The notes under the pieces were generated by a model. That model had not been told where the DNA came from and did not search any database. It worked only from the letters and a program-made list of their open reading frames with translations. A stretch of DNA of 64,000 bases from Alphaproteobacteria bacterium (GTDB lineage Bacteria > Pseudomonadota > Alphaproteobacteria > Bin95), in contig JAPOJR010000001.1 of assembly GCA_029978325.1 (NCBI GenBank), positions 1,773 through 65,772 of the forward strand. The letters run 5' to 3'. The position numbers and the translations under genes were made by a program. This document shows, in pieces, positions 27,968 through 37,727 of this stretch (the stretch's first letter is position 1; every line of letters begins with the position of its first letter).

Positions 27968-28411
27968 CTAGGGCAGCAAGCCTCCCGGCTGCCAGTCCGG
28001 CGGCGCCATACGAAATCCCTCATACAGAAACGCCGGCGCACAGATACCGCCGACCAGGCTCCAGCCGCCGTGGCTGGCGGCCGAGGCCCAGACGCCCTTG
28101 GGCACAACGGCCTGCGGCTTTTCCCCATTCGCGAAATCCGTGCCGAGCCGATGGGTCTCGACGGTCCGGCCATCGTGCGATAGCGACAGCGTCAGCGGCG
28201 CGCCGGCGTGGAAGGTCCACACCTCATCCGCATCGATGACGCGCCAGCGCGACGGTCGATCCACCGGCGGCATATAGTAGATCGCCGTCATGCTGCCGCG
28301 GCTGCCGTCGCCCGGGTTATTCCGGAAGATCTCGCGGAAATAGCCGCCTTCCGGATGCGGCTCCAGGCCCAGAGCAGCGACGACGGCCTCAACGGACATT
28401 CGCGCGGGCAT
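27968..28411 (-). CDS. Cupin-domain protein (DUF985-like)
   Basis: 147 aa; cupin-like beta-barrel sequence; immediately upstream of gloB on the same strand. Confidence 0.65.
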   Translation of the reverse strand: MPARMSVEAVVAALGLEPHPEGGYFREIFRNNPGDGSRGSMTAIYYMPPVDRPSRWRVIDADEVWTFHAGAPLTLSLSHDGRTVETHRLGTDFANGEKPQAVVPKGVWASAASHGGWSLVGGICAPAFLYEGFRMAPPDWQPGGLLP

Positions 28412-28420
28412 GCCGCGACC

Positions 28421-29188
28421 TCAGAAGTTGTCCTTGCGCTTGCGGATTTCCGCGAACACGTCGGACGGATTGGCCCCGGTCATGCCTATCGCCGCCTGCA
28501 TCGCCGGATCGTCGGCCCGCAGGAAGGGGTTGGTGGCCTTTTCCGGCCCCAGCAGGCCCGGAATTGTCGGCTTGCCCGCAGCACGCAACCGGTCGATTTC
28601 CGCCGACTGCGCCTTGAGCGCTGCGTTATCCGGATCGACGGACAGGGCGAACCGCGCGTTGGATTGGGTATATTCGTGGCCGCAATAGATCCTGGTTGAA
28701 TCCGGCAGTGCCCGCAGCTTGCACAGCGAATCCCAGAAACCGGGCGGGTTGCCCTCGAACATACGGCCACAACCCAGCACGAACAGCGTATCGCCGCAGA
28801 ACAACGCATCGGAGGTAGCGAAATGGAAGGCGATATGGCCGGTGGTGTGGCCCGGCACCTCGATCACTTTGGCGGTCTGGGTTCCGACCGCATAGCTATC
28901 GCCCTCGGACACCAGCACGTCCATCCCAGCAATTCGGCCCGTTTCGGCGCGCGGACCGATAATCGGGCATCCATACACCGCCTTAAGTTCCTGATTGCCG
29001 CCGACATGATCCATATGATGATGCGTGTTCAGGATGTGGGTCAGGGTCCAGCCGCGGCCCTTCAGTGCCGCCAGCACCGGCTCTGCTTCAGCCGGATCGA
29101 CAACCGCGGTGTCGCCGGTGTCGGCGTCGTGCGCCAGATACACGTAGTTGTCGCTGAGCGCGGGTACCAGAACGATCTCTAGGGCGGC
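28421..29188 (-). CDS. gloB: Hydroxyacylglutathione hydrolase (glyoxalase II)
   Basis: Metallo-beta-lactamase motif HHHMDH, GHTTGH and the C-terminal GloB region. Start at the internal ATG (MAALEIV); the ORF track extends to 29278. Confidence 0.85.
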   Translation of the reverse strand, partial: AALEIVLVPALSDNYVYLAHDADTGDTAVVDPAEAEPVLAALKGRGWTLTHILNTHHHMDHVGGNQELKAVYGCPIIGPRAETGRIAGMDVLVSEGDSYAVGTQTAKVIEVPGHTTGHIAFHFATSDALFCGDTLFVLGCGRMFEGNPPGFWDSLCKLRALPDSTRIYCGHEYTQSNARFALSVDPDNAALKAQSAEIDRLRAAGKPTIPGLLGPEKATNPFLRADDPAMQAAIGMTGANPSDVFAEIRKRKDNF

Positions 29189-29257
29189 CATGCCTTCCCT
29201 CCCATATGTGGTGTGAAAAACAAACTTCTGGCACGTTGTACCATTATCGGAGGCTGG

Positions 29258-30061
29258 ATGCGAACCGACGTTCAACACCTGCGCGATTTCTATCGCTCAC
29301 CACTAGGCCAGACCGTCCGCCGGCGGCTGGCCCTATGCGTGCGTGAGCGCTGGCGCGATGTGCGTGGTTTGCGGCTTGCCGGCGTCGGCTATCCCGTGCC
29401 GGTACTGCGCCCATTCCTGGAAGAGGCGGAGCGTGTGGCGGCGCTGATGCCCGCAACGCAGGGCGTCGTCCGGTGGCCACGCTCCATCCCCAACATCGCC
29501 ACCCAGGTGGAGGAGGTGGATTGGCCGCTGCCCGATGCGATGATTGACCGCCTGGTCCTGCTGCACGCCCTGGAAACCGCCGAAGAGGTCCGGCCATTTC
29601 TGCGCGAGTGCTGGCGCGTCCTCGCCCCTGGTGGGCGGTTGCTGGCAATCGTGCCCAACCGCAGCGGACTTTGGGCATTGCGCGATACTCTGCCGTTCGG
29701 TCATGGCCGCCCCTTTACCGGCCAGCAATTGCGCCGCTTGCTGAGCGATAACATGTTCGAGCCATTAGAGACGGAGCGCGCCCTGCATCTGGCGCCGTTT
29801 CATGGCCGCACCCTGTCGCGGCTGGCTGCGCCGCTGGAGCCACTAACGGCGCGTTGGTTCCGGCGTTTCGGCGGCGTCGTCATCGTCGAAGCGGAGAAAA
29901 GCACGGCTGGCGCGGTCCCGGTCCGCAGCCGCGCCCGACGGTATTTGCCCGAACTGGGGCTGCGGCCGCAGCCTGCCAGGCCTATGGTGCAACAGCGGCA
30001 GGCCGGGGACGGCGCATCGGTGCAGCCGCGGGAACGTTGCTTTGACTCACAATTGACCTAA
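29258..30061 (+). CDS. Class I SAM-dependent methyltransferase
   Basis: Divergent from gloB, an arrangement common in alphaproteobacteria; methyltransferase fold region (LAPGGRLLAIVPN). The C-terminal ~25 codons overlap the fliI 3' end, so the stop assignment is uncertain. Confidence 0.6.
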   Translation: MRTDVQHLRDFYRSPLGQTVRRRLALCVRERWRDVRGLRLAGVGYPVPVLRPFLEEAERVAALMPATQGVVRWPRSIPNIATQVEEVDWPLPDAMIDRLVLLHALETAEEVRPFLRECWRVLAPGGRLLAIVPNRSGLWALRDTLPFGHGRPFTGQQLRRLLSDNMFEPLETERALHLAPFHGRTLSRLAAPLEPLTARWFRRFGGVVIVEAEKSTAGAVPVRSRARRYLPELGLRPQPARPMVQQRQAGDGASVQPRERCFDSQLT

Positions 30062-31391
30062 GTAGGCCAAAACTTTCGTCGATTGACGGGCGCGCCAAGC
30101 CATTGCCGAGAAATCCCTCCAACGGCGGATGCGCCGCAATCGCCGCGTCGGTTTCTGCGTCCGTGCCCTTGCGATAGGCGCCAAGCCGCAGCATCGGCTC
30201 CATCTCACGGTACAGGGTCATCCGCTTGCGCGCGTCGAGTAGCAACGCGTTCTCTGCCGCAGTCGCACAATGCGGCAACGAGCGCGAGACGCTGCGCAGC
30301 ACGTCAATCGCCGGATAGCGTCCACGCTCGGCAATGTCGCGGTCCAGCACCACATGGCCATCCAACATGCCGCGCACGGCGTCCGCCAACGGCTCCTCCT
30401 GGTCGCTGCCCTGGACCAACACCGTATAGAGCGCGGTGATGTCGCCGCTGCCATCCCGGTCCGGCCCGGGGCCGGCGCGCTCCAGCAGATGCGAGAGCTG
30501 AGCGAAGGTCGATGGCGGAAAGCTGCGCGCGCTCGGCGGTTCGCCGGCGGTCATGGCGATGTCGCGGTGGGCCTCGGCAAACCGGGTCAGGCTGTCGACC
30601 ATCAACAGCACCTGACGGCCCCGGTCGCGGAAATACTCGGCCAGCGCGGTCGCCAAAAACAGCGCCCGGCGCTTTAACAAAGGCGGATCGTCAGCCGTCG
30701 CGGCGACAACGATAGAGCGCGCCAGACCTTCAGACCCTAATGTGCGCTGCACGAACTCACCCACTTCGCGGCCACGCTCACCGATCAGGCCGATGATGGC
30801 GACGTCCACCCCTGCCCGCTCGGCCAAAGCTGCCAACAGGCTGGACTTGCCGACGCCGGACCCGGCGAATAGACCAAGACGCTGGCCCCGGCATAAGGGC
30901 AGGAACGTGTTGAAGACGTGTGTCCCGGTCTCCAGCCGCGCACCCACCGCCCGCCTTTCCGTCGCCCGTGGCGGTGCGCCGTGCAGGCTGATGGGCCCGT
31001 CGCCGGGGTCGAGCCTGCCGTGCGTAAACGCATCCAGCGGCTGGCCGAAACCATCGACGATCCGCCCGAGCCAGGCATCCGACGGACGGACCGGCGCATC
31101 CGGCAAAACGGTCACGCGGGTCGCGGGCGAAACGCCATCCGCCCTACCATAAAGCATGACCAGGTGAACGCCGCCGCGAAAGCCGATCACTTCGCCCCGC
31201 GCCGCTGGTTCAGTCTCAATGCGGCAGAGCGTGCCGACCGGCGCAAACCCGAACAGCCCCGCCACCTCCAGCACGCCGCTGCGCGCCGCGGTCACCTCTC
31301 CGAAAACAGTCAAAGGGTGCGGCTCCAGCGCCTGCAGGGCGCGGACCAGGCGGCCATAGCCGGCCAGGCGGTCTTGAATTGCTGTGGTCAT
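29982..31391 (-). CDS. fliI: Flagellum-specific ATP synthase
   Basis: 469 aa; Walker A GSGVGKSSLL; F1/T3SS-ATPase core. Confidence 0.9.
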   Translation of the reverse strand: MTTAIQDRLAGYGRLVRALQALEPHPLTVFGEVTAARSGVLEVAGLFGFAPVGTLCRIETEPAARGEVIGFRGGVHLVMLYGRADGVSPATRVTVLPDAPVRPSDAWLGRIVDGFGQPLDAFTHGRLDPGDGPISLHGAPPRATERRAVGARLETGTHVFNTFLPLCRGQRLGLFAGSGVGKSSLLAALAERAGVDVAIIGLIGERGREVGEFVQRTLGSEGLARSIVVAATADDPPLLKRRALFLATALAEYFRDRGRQVLLMVDSLTRFAEAHRDIAMTAGEPPSARSFPPSTFAQLSHLLERAGPGPDRDGSGDITALYTVLVQGSDQEEPLADAVRGMLDGHVVLDRDIAERGRYPAIDVLRSVSRSLPHCATAAENALLLDARKRMTLYREMEPMLRLGAYRKGTDAETDAAIAAHPPLEGFLGNGLARPSIDESFGLLRSIVSQSNVPAAAPMRRPRPAAVAP

Positions 31392-31513
31392 GCCTGCGGA
31401 TTAGCCGACGCATGGCTAACAGCGGGTTAGCGGAAAACAATTCAGTTTGCACCGAATCTTAACACATGCCGGCGCACAACATCGGCCAGCAGGAGTTACT
31501 TGGAGGACCATTC

Positions 31514-31921
31514 ATGCTCAATGGGATCGGCGTATTCCAGCTGGCATCGACGCGAATGTCGTATGAGACGGCCGGGTTGCGGGTCGTCGCCCGCAACATC
31601 GCCAACGCGGATACTCCCGGGTTTCGCGGTACAGCCGTCGTGCCGTTCGCAGAGACCATGCGGCGGCAACATCAGGATGGCGGCGATTTCTCCGCCAAGG
31701 CGACCCGCGCGGGGCATACCGCCGCCGCTGGCCGATCCTCAGACGGCGGTTTGCGGACAGAACCGGCCGACGTGCTGGAAGAAGCGCCGAACGGCAACAC
31801 CGTCACCCTGGAGGACGAGATGATCCAGGCGGCTCGTTTGCGCGGCGGTCACGCCCTGGCGGCGGTGACGTTTGAAAAAAACCTGGAACTGATGCGCATG
31901 GCGGTCACCGCCCAGGGCTAG
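31514..31921 (+). CDS. flgB: Flagellar basal-body rod protein FlgB
   Basis: Rod N-terminal motif RNIANADTPGF; position ahead of flgC. Start taken at ATG 31514 (MLNGIG); the ORF track begins at 31466. Confidence 0.8.
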   Translation: MLNGIGVFQLASTRMSYETAGLRVVARNIANADTPGFRGTAVVPFAETMRRQHQDGGDFSAKATRAGHTAAAGRSSDGGLRTEPADVLEEAPNGNTVTLEDEMIQAARLRGGHALAAVTFEKNLELMRMAVTAQG

Positions 31922-31961
31922 CCAGCTCCCTATCCAATCCATCGCCTGAGGGGAGAACCCG

Positions 31962-32357
31962 ATGCAGGACGATTTTTCTTCGATCATGACGGTCAGCGCG
32001 TCCGGTATGCGCGCCCAGGGCAAGCGCCTGAAAGCAGCGGCTGAGAACCTGGCCAACGTCGATTCCCCCGGCTTTCGCCGCAAGCAGGTGTATTTCCGCG
32101 ACCAGGTCGACCGCGCCAGCGGAGCGGCTATGGTTGAGGTCAGCCGCATATCGCGCGATCCCACGCCGCTGCGGGAGGCCTACGAGCCAGGGCATCCCCT
32201 GGCCAATGACGACGGCTACGTCACGTATTCCAACGTCAACGCCATAATCGAAATGATGGATATGAAGGAAGCAGAACGCTCCTTCAGCGCCGGGCTGCGC
32301 ACCTTCGACCAGGCCCGGGACATGTTCATGCGCACGCTCGATCTGTTGCGCCGTTAA
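31962..32357 (+). CDS. flgC: Flagellar basal-body rod protein FlgC
   Basis: 131 aa; ENLANVDSPGF N-terminal rod motif and the conserved C-terminus. Confidence 0.9.
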   Translation: MQDDFSSIMTVSASGMRAQGKRLKAAAENLANVDSPGFRRKQVYFRDQVDRASGAAMVEVSRISRDPTPLREAYEPGHPLANDDGYVTYSNVNAIIEMMDMKEAERSFSAGLRTFDQARDMFMRTLDLLRR

Positions 32358-32374
32358 GGGGAGAACTCCGCACT

Positions 32375-32716
32375 ATGGATTTATCGCTCACTCGGGCACT
32401 GGCGGGGTACGCCGCTGTCCAGAAAAATACGCCGCCGCTCGGTCCCGTTGCCGACAAGGCCACCGCGCCCGCCGCAATCGGCTCGACGAACGGCGACGGC
32501 AAGGATTTCAGCACGGTCTTCCGCGAACTGGCCGGCGAGGCGCTGGAAACCATGCGCACGGGCGAGGCCAAATCACTGGCCGGGGTCGCCAGCGAAGCCG
32601 ACGTGCAATCGGTGGTGGAGGCACTGGCCGCCGCAGAAATGACCATGCGCACCGTCGTCGCCGTCCGCGACAAGGTGGTAGAGGCCTATCACGATATCCT
32701 GCGCATGCCGATCTAG
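32375..32716 (+). CDS. fliE: Flagellar hook-basal body protein FliE
   Basis: 113 aa; typical FliE C-terminus (AYHDIMRMPI-like); position after flgC. Confidence 0.85.
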   Translation: MDLSLTRALAGYAAVQKNTPPLGPVADKATAPAAIGSTNGDGKDFSTVFRELAGEALETMRTGEAKSLAGVASEADVQSVVEALAAAEMTMRTVVAVRDKVVEAYHDILRMPI

Positions 32717-32755
32717 TCCGCCGCCATCGCCCAAGCGCAAGGAGACGCCCGGCAC

Positions 32756-33022
32756 ATGTCCGCAGAAGCGATTATGGACCTGGCCCGCTCGACCATTCTG
32801 GTGGCGCTGGCCATCGGCGGGCCGGCGATGGCTGTGGCGCTGCTGGTCGGCCTGGTCATCGGCCTGTTCCAGGCGCTGACCTCCATTCAGGAGATGACCC
32901 TGACCTTCGTTCCCAAGATCGTCGCAATCCTGCTAGCGTTGTGGATTCTGGGTGACTACATGGCAACCAAGCTCAGCGACTTTTTCCGCGGGGAGGTGCT
33001 GGATGCGCTATCGGCGATCTAA
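32756..33022 (+). CDS. fliQ: Flagellar export apparatus protein FliQ
   Basis: 88 aa; two TM helices; typical FliQ sequence. Confidence 0.85.
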   Translation: MSAEAIMDLARSTILVALAIGGPAMAVALLVGLVIGLFQALTSIQEMTLTFVPKIVAILLALWILGDYMATKLSDFFRGEVLDALSAI

Positions 33023-33704
33023 GCACTGGTTCGGTTGGATGGCGGTCGCTTTGTTGCTGCCACCCAGCGCCAATGCCGGCCGGAGCAATGATAGTTGCGC
33101 CGCCGCTGCGGAAGCCGCCGCAATCGCGGCGAACGTCCCGCCTGCATGGATGCAAGCCATAGCACTGGCGGAAAGCGGCCGGCGCGATGGCGACGGCCAT
33201 GCCGCCTGGCCCTGGACCGTGAACGATAAGGGCAAAGGAATTTGGTTCGACGACCAGCGAAAGGCCGTCAGGCATGTCAAACGACGCCTGACGGAGGGCG
33301 AGACCATGATGGATGTCGGTTGTTTCCAGATCAACTGGCGCTGGCATGGCCAGGCGTTCGCGTCGGTCGAAATGGCATTCGACCCCAAAACCAACGCGAC
33401 TTATGCCGCCCAATTCCTGCGGGCGCTGTTCGAGGAAACCGGTAGCTGGCCCGAAGCCGTCGGCCGCTACCATTCGGCAACGCCGGCGCTGGCCAAGCCT
33501 TATATGGAAAAGGTGGCGCAGATGCGCGCGTCGGTTCCGAACGTCCGGGAACATCCCGCCCCAGCGCAGGTCAGCGGCAACGGTATCCTGCTGTCGGTGC
33601 TGACAGCGGCTCGGCCCTTGCTGCGCCAGGCCCGGCAGGCGCTGTTCGACAACCGCCGCCGCGTATTCATTGCACTGCCGCCCACCCAATCACGGATGCC
33701 ATAG
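33003..33704 (+). CDS. Lytic transglycosylase (SLT domain) embedded in the flagellar operon (SltF-like)
   Basis: Signal peptide (MRYRRSKHWFGWMAVALLLPPSANA) and an SLT-like lysozyme-fold motif (AESG..; MDVGCFQIN). The start overlaps the fliQ end. Confidence 0.7.
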   Translation: MRYRRSKHWFGWMAVALLLPPSANAGRSNDSCAAAAEAAAIAANVPPAWMQAIALAESGRRDGDGHAAWPWTVNDKGKGIWFDDQRKAVRHVKRRLTEGETMMDVGCFQINWRWHGQAFASVEMAFDPKTNATYAAQFLRALFEETGSWPEAVGRYHSATPALAKPYMEKVAQMRASVPNVREHPAPAQVSGNGILLSVLTAARPLLRQARQALFDNRRRVFIALPPTQSRMP

Positions 33705-33723
33705 CCAGAGTGGAGACCGCCGG

Positions 33724-35829
33724 ATGAACGGCTCGCTGCGCCAATCCATGGCCGTGCGCATCTTTTACAATCCCACGGTCATGGTCAGCCTGGCGCTGAT
33801 GGCGGTGATCGTCATGATGATCCTGCCGGTGCCGAACTGGGTGGTCGATATCGGGCTTACAGCCTCGTTCGCGCTGGCCATCCTGATCTTCATCACCACG
33901 CTGTTCATCGAGCGCCCCCTGGACTTCTCCGCGTTCCCGACTGCGCTGCTCGCCTCGCTGTTGCTGCGGCTGTCGCTGAACGTCTCCTCAACCAAGCTGA
34001 TCATCGGCCAGGGCCACACCGGCACCCATGCCGCCGGCGGCGTGATCGAGGGCTTTGCCATGTTCGTCATGGGCGGCGACCTGATCCTGGGCATCGTCAT
34101 CTTCGCCGTGCTGCTGATCGTCAACTTCATGGTGATCACCAAGGGCGCCGGCCGCATGGCGGAAGTCGGCGCGCGCTTCGCCCTCGACGGCATGCCCGGC
34201 AAGCAACTCGCCATCGACAGCGACATGGCAGCCGGCGCAATCGATCACGACGAGGCCCGCGAGCGCCGCCGGGTTGAGCAGGAAGAGACCACTTTCTTCG
34301 GCTCGCTGGACGGCGCGTCCAAGTTTGTCAAAGGAGACGCCGTAGCCGGGTTGCTGATCACTGCACTCAACCTGATCATGGGCGTCGTGATGGGCACGGT
34401 CTGGCGCGGCATGGACTTCGCCACGGCGGTTGAAACCTACACCGTGCTGACGGTCGGCGACGGGTTGGTGACGCAAATTCCGGCCGTCATCATTTCCGTC
34501 GCATCCGCCATCCTCGTGGCCAAGGGCGGTACGACAGGCTCTGCCGACAAAGCGCTGCTGGCGCAGCTGGGCGGCTATCCGCTGGCGCTGGGCACGGTCG
34601 CCGGTCTGATGGCGGTCTTCGCTCTGGCCCCTGGCCTGCCGACCCTCCCCTTCGTCGCGGGCGCCATCGTCTTTGGCGCTTGGGCGTGGACGTCGACCAA
34701 GGCCGAGCGCGCACGGTTGACCGCGGCCAAGACCAGCGACCCGGCCGCACCGGCTCTGCCCGAGAAGCGGAAAACCCTGGGTGACTATATGGAAGTTGAC
34801 GAAATCCGGGTGGAATTTGCCAAGAGTTTGATTCCCTTGATCATGGACGAGCATTCCGGGTTGGTGAACCGCGTCGCCAGCATGCGCCGGACGATCGCCA
34901 TCGACCTGGGCTTCGTCATACCGGATGTGCGCCTGACCGATAATCCGGCGCTGGACGGCAACCGCTACGCCATCCGGATCCAGGGCGTTTTGGTTGGCGA
35001 AGGCGCAGTAGAGCCAAACGCCGTCCTGGTGATCCGCCGCGGTGAGGCCGACCTACCGCTGGAGGGGCGCGACGTGCTCGAGCCGGTCTACGGCGCGCCT
35101 GCCCGATGGGTTGCCGAACGGGACCGTGACGAGGCCATGATCCTGGGCTTCCCGGTTGCCACGGCAAATGAGGTCATCGCCACCCATCTGATGGAGGCGA
35201 TCAAGGGCAATATCGAGGACCTGGTCACCCGCCCGGCGCTGGAGCGCATCCTCAAGGAATTCACCAATGTTTCGGCCACCAACAAAGCCGGAGAGAACAA
35301 GGCTCTGTTGGCGGAAATCGTGCCGGAGCGCGTGAGCCGCGAGCGATTGCAACAGGTGCTGCGCGCCCTGCTGGCGGAACAGGTCAGCATCCGCAGCTTC
35401 GCTGCCCTGCTGGAAGCCCTGGCGGAAGCCCAGGCCGTCACCCAGCATTTAGAGCCGATCGTCGAACATGTCCGGCAAAAACTCGGCCGCCAGATCACCC
35501 AGCCCCTGGTGGGCGAGGACGGCGTGCTGCCCCTGATTCAGCTGGCGCCGGAGTGGGAGGACGTGTTCCGCGCCCACGAGTTGCCACCAGGCGAAGACCA
35601 GCCGCAGGAAATCGCATTGCCTCCGTCGGAGATCAACCGGCTGGCGGATGCCGTCTCAGCGCAAATCGGCGAAGCGGCGGGGCAAGGCCGTTATCCTGCC
35701 GTCGTAGCGCCGGCGCGCCGACGGCGTCTGGTCCGCACCTTGCTGGCGGCGAAAGGCGTAAAAGCGCCGGTGCTGTCGTTCGAGGAAATCGGCACCCGCG
35801 TCCGGCCTGCCATCATCGGCATCGCATGA
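33724..35829 (+). CDS. flhA: Flagellar export apparatus protein FlhA
   Basis: About 700 aa; N-terminal 8-TM domain with the FHIPEP signature; large cytoplasmic C-domain. Confidence 0.9.
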   Translation: MNGSLRQSMAVRIFYNPTVMVSLALMAVIVMMILPVPNWVVDIGLTASFALAILIFITTLFIERPLDFSAFPTALLASLLLRLSLNVSSTKLIIGQGHTGTHAAGGVIEGFAMFVMGGDLILGIVIFAVLLIVNFMVITKGAGRMAEVGARFALDGMPGKQLAIDSDMAAGAIDHDEARERRRVEQEETTFFGSLDGASKFVKGDAVAGLLITALNLIMGVVMGTVWRGMDFATAVETYTVLTVGDGLVTQIPAVIISVASAILVAKGGTTGSADKALLAQLGGYPLALGTVAGLMAVFALAPGLPTLPFVAGAIVFGAWAWTSTKAERARLTAAKTSDPAAPALPEKRKTLGDYMEVDEIRVEFAKSLIPLIMDEHSGLVNRVASMRRTIAIDLGFVIPDVRLTDNPALDGNRYAIRIQGVLVGEGAVEPNAVLVIRRGEADLPLEGRDVLEPVYGAPARWVAERDRDEAMILGFPVATANEVIATHLMEAIKGNIEDLVTRPALERILKEFTNVSATNKAGENKALLAEIVPERVSRERLQQVLRALLAEQVSIRSFAALLEALAEAQAVTQHLEPIVEHVRQKLGRQITQPLVGEDGVLPLIQLAPEWEDVFRAHELPPGEDQPQEIALPPSEINRLADAVSAQIGEAAGQGRYPAVVAPARRRRLVRTLLAAKGVKAPVLSFEEIGTRVRPAIIGIA

Positions 35830-36584
35830 GCGCCAACCTAGCCGACCTGCTGTCGCTGCAGGTGTACACCTACCTGCTGGTGTTCTGCCGGATCGGCGGC
35901 GCATTTTTTCTGATGCCAGGATTCGGTGAATCCTTCGTTTCGCCGCGCCTGCGTTTGGGAATCGCCCTGCTGACCAGCCTAGCGATGACCCCCAGCCAGT
36001 TCGGCGCGGTCGCGATGGTACCGTCACCCGCGGCGCTGGCAGCGCAGGTCGGGACCGAACTGCTGATCGGCCTCGCCATCGGCCTATGGCTGCGGCTTTT
36101 CCTCTATGCGTTGTTCATATCCGGCGCTGTCATCGCCCAGCAATTGGCCTTGAACCATATTTTCAACGGGGTCGCCGAAAACATCGGCACCTCGGCGCTC
36201 AGCAACCTGTTGATGTTGAGCGGCATCACCCTGTTCTTCGCTCTCAATCTGCACGGCAGCACGCTGATGGCCCTGGCGAAGAACCTGCAAGACATGCCGC
36301 TCGGCGCCGGCGCGCTGCCGTTAGAGCTTTTGAGTTCTCGCATACTGCAGGGCGTCGGGTCGACCTTCGCCACCGGCATTCAACTCGCCTTGCCCTTTCT
36401 GGTGGTCGGCACGCTGATCTACGCGGCCCTGGGCTTCATCAACAAGGCGATGCCGCAATTGATGGTGTTCTTCGTCGCCGCCCCGGCCATCACCGGCACC
36501 GGCCTGGTGCTGTTCCTCATCGCCCTGCCGATGATCCTGACCCATTGGGCCGGCGGCCTAGACGCCGCGCTCAGCAATTTTTAG
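35826..36584 (+). CDS. fliR: Flagellar export apparatus protein FliR
   Basis: 252 aa polytopic membrane protein. ATG at 35826 overlaps the flhA stop (ATGA); it lies inside ORF-track entry 35553..36584. Confidence 0.85.
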   Translation: MSANLADLLSLQVYTYLLVFCRIGGAFFLMPGFGESFVSPRLRLGIALLTSLAMTPSQFGAVAMVPSPAALAAQVGTELLIGLAIGLWLRLFLYALFISGAVIAQQLALNHIFNGVAENIGTSALSNLLMLSGITLFFALNLHGSTLMALAKNLQDMPLGAGALPLELLSSRILQGVGSTFATGIQLALPFLVVGTLIYAALGFINKAMPQLMVFFVAAPAITGTGLVLFLIALPMILTHWAGGLDAALSNF

Positions 36585-36599
36585 GCCAGGAAAGCAGCC

Positions 36600-37727
36600 A
36601 TGTCGGACAGCCAAAGCGACCAGAGCCAACCGAAAACCCATGAACCGACGCCGCGCAAGCTCGAGCAGGCGCGCGAGCAGGGCGATATCGTCCAATCGAA
36701 AGAGTTGCACACCTTCGCCCTGTACTGCGTCGTCGCGGTCGTGGTGCTGGCCGCAGCCGGCCCGTTGTTACACGGGATCGGCCGCGCGGTGATGGGACCG
36801 CTCTGGCATGCCGGCCATGCCGACGCGATGCGGACCATCCCGGATTATGCCGCACTGATCCGCAATATCCTGGCCGGGCTTGGCCCGTATTGGCTGGCGC
36901 TGATGGCGGCTTTGATGATCGGGCCGCTGCTGTCGCTGATCGGCCAACGCGCCATTGTCTTTGCCGGCAGCAACGTGCGGCCAAAGCTGAACCGCATTTC
37001 TCCTTTGAATGGGATCAAGCAGAAATTCGGCGTCAAGGGGCTGGTGGAATTCTTCAAGTCGCTGATCAAGCTGGCCGCCGTTGTCGCCATCACGGCGGCG
37101 GTGCTGACGCCGTTCATCCTGCACGCCCCAGCCTATACCGGCGTCGCCATCGGCTTTCTCGGCAGCATCCTGCATCGCGAACTGGTGGCGATGATGTTTG
37201 GAATGGTGGGGCTCTATGCCGTTATCGCCCTGCTGGATTATTTCTGGCAGCGCCATCTGTACCTGGATAAGCATCGCATGACCCGCAAGGAGCTGGAGGA
37301 TGAGCAAAAACAGACCGAGGGCGATCCGCACGTGAAAGGCCGTCGCCGCGACCGGGCAATCGCCATCGCCTCAAACCGGATGCTGGTCGATACCCGCACC
37401 GCCAGCGTGCTAATCGTCAACCCGCAGCACTATGCCGTGGCGCTCAAATGGGAGCGTGAGCGCGGCGGAGCGCCGATTTGCGTCGCCAAAGGGGTCGATC
37501 ATATGGCAATGGCCCTGCGAAGGGTCGCCCGGGCGCACCAGGTGCCGATCTTCCCCGACCCGCCGCTCGCCCGCCTGCTGCACAGCATCATGGACGTGGG
37601 CGAGGAAGTAGAGGAACAACACTATCAGGCTGTTGCCGTCGCTATCCGCTTTGCCATGCATGTACAACGCCAACAGCGTGCCGCAGCCATGGCCGCCGGC
37701 GGCCAGGGAGAGGCCCGTGCCGGATGA
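36600..37727 (+). CDS. flhB: Flagellar export apparatus protein FlhB
   Basis: 375 aa; N-terminal PTPRKLEQAREQGD..SKEL; NPxH autocleavage site (NPQHYAVAL). Confidence 0.9.
   Translation: MSDSQSDQSQPKTHEPTPRKLEQAREQGDIVQSKELHTFALYCVVAVVVLAAAGPLLHGIGRAVMGPLWHAGHADAMRTIPDYAALIRNILAGLGPYWLALMAALMIGPLLSLIGQRAIVFAGSNVRPKLNRISPLNGIKQKFGVKGLVEFFKSLIKLAAVVAITAAVLTPFILHAPAYTGVAIGFLGSILHRELVAMMFGMVGLYAVIALLDYFWQRHLYLDKHRMTRKELEDEQKQTEGDPHVKGRRRDRAIAIASNRMLVDTRTASVLIVNPQHYAVALKWERERGGAPICVAKGVDHMAMALRRVARAHQVPIFPDPPLARLLHSIMDVGEEVEEQHYQAVAVAIRFAMHVQRQQRAAAMAAGGQGEARAG

Noticed and set aside
31392-31513. Looked for a sigma54 (TGGCAC-N5-TTGC) flagellar promoter between fliI and flgB
   Set aside because: TGGCTAACAGCGGGTTAGC and TTTGCACC are present, but the GG/GC spacing does not fit the -24/-12 consensus. 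I cannot support a call without alignment to relatives.
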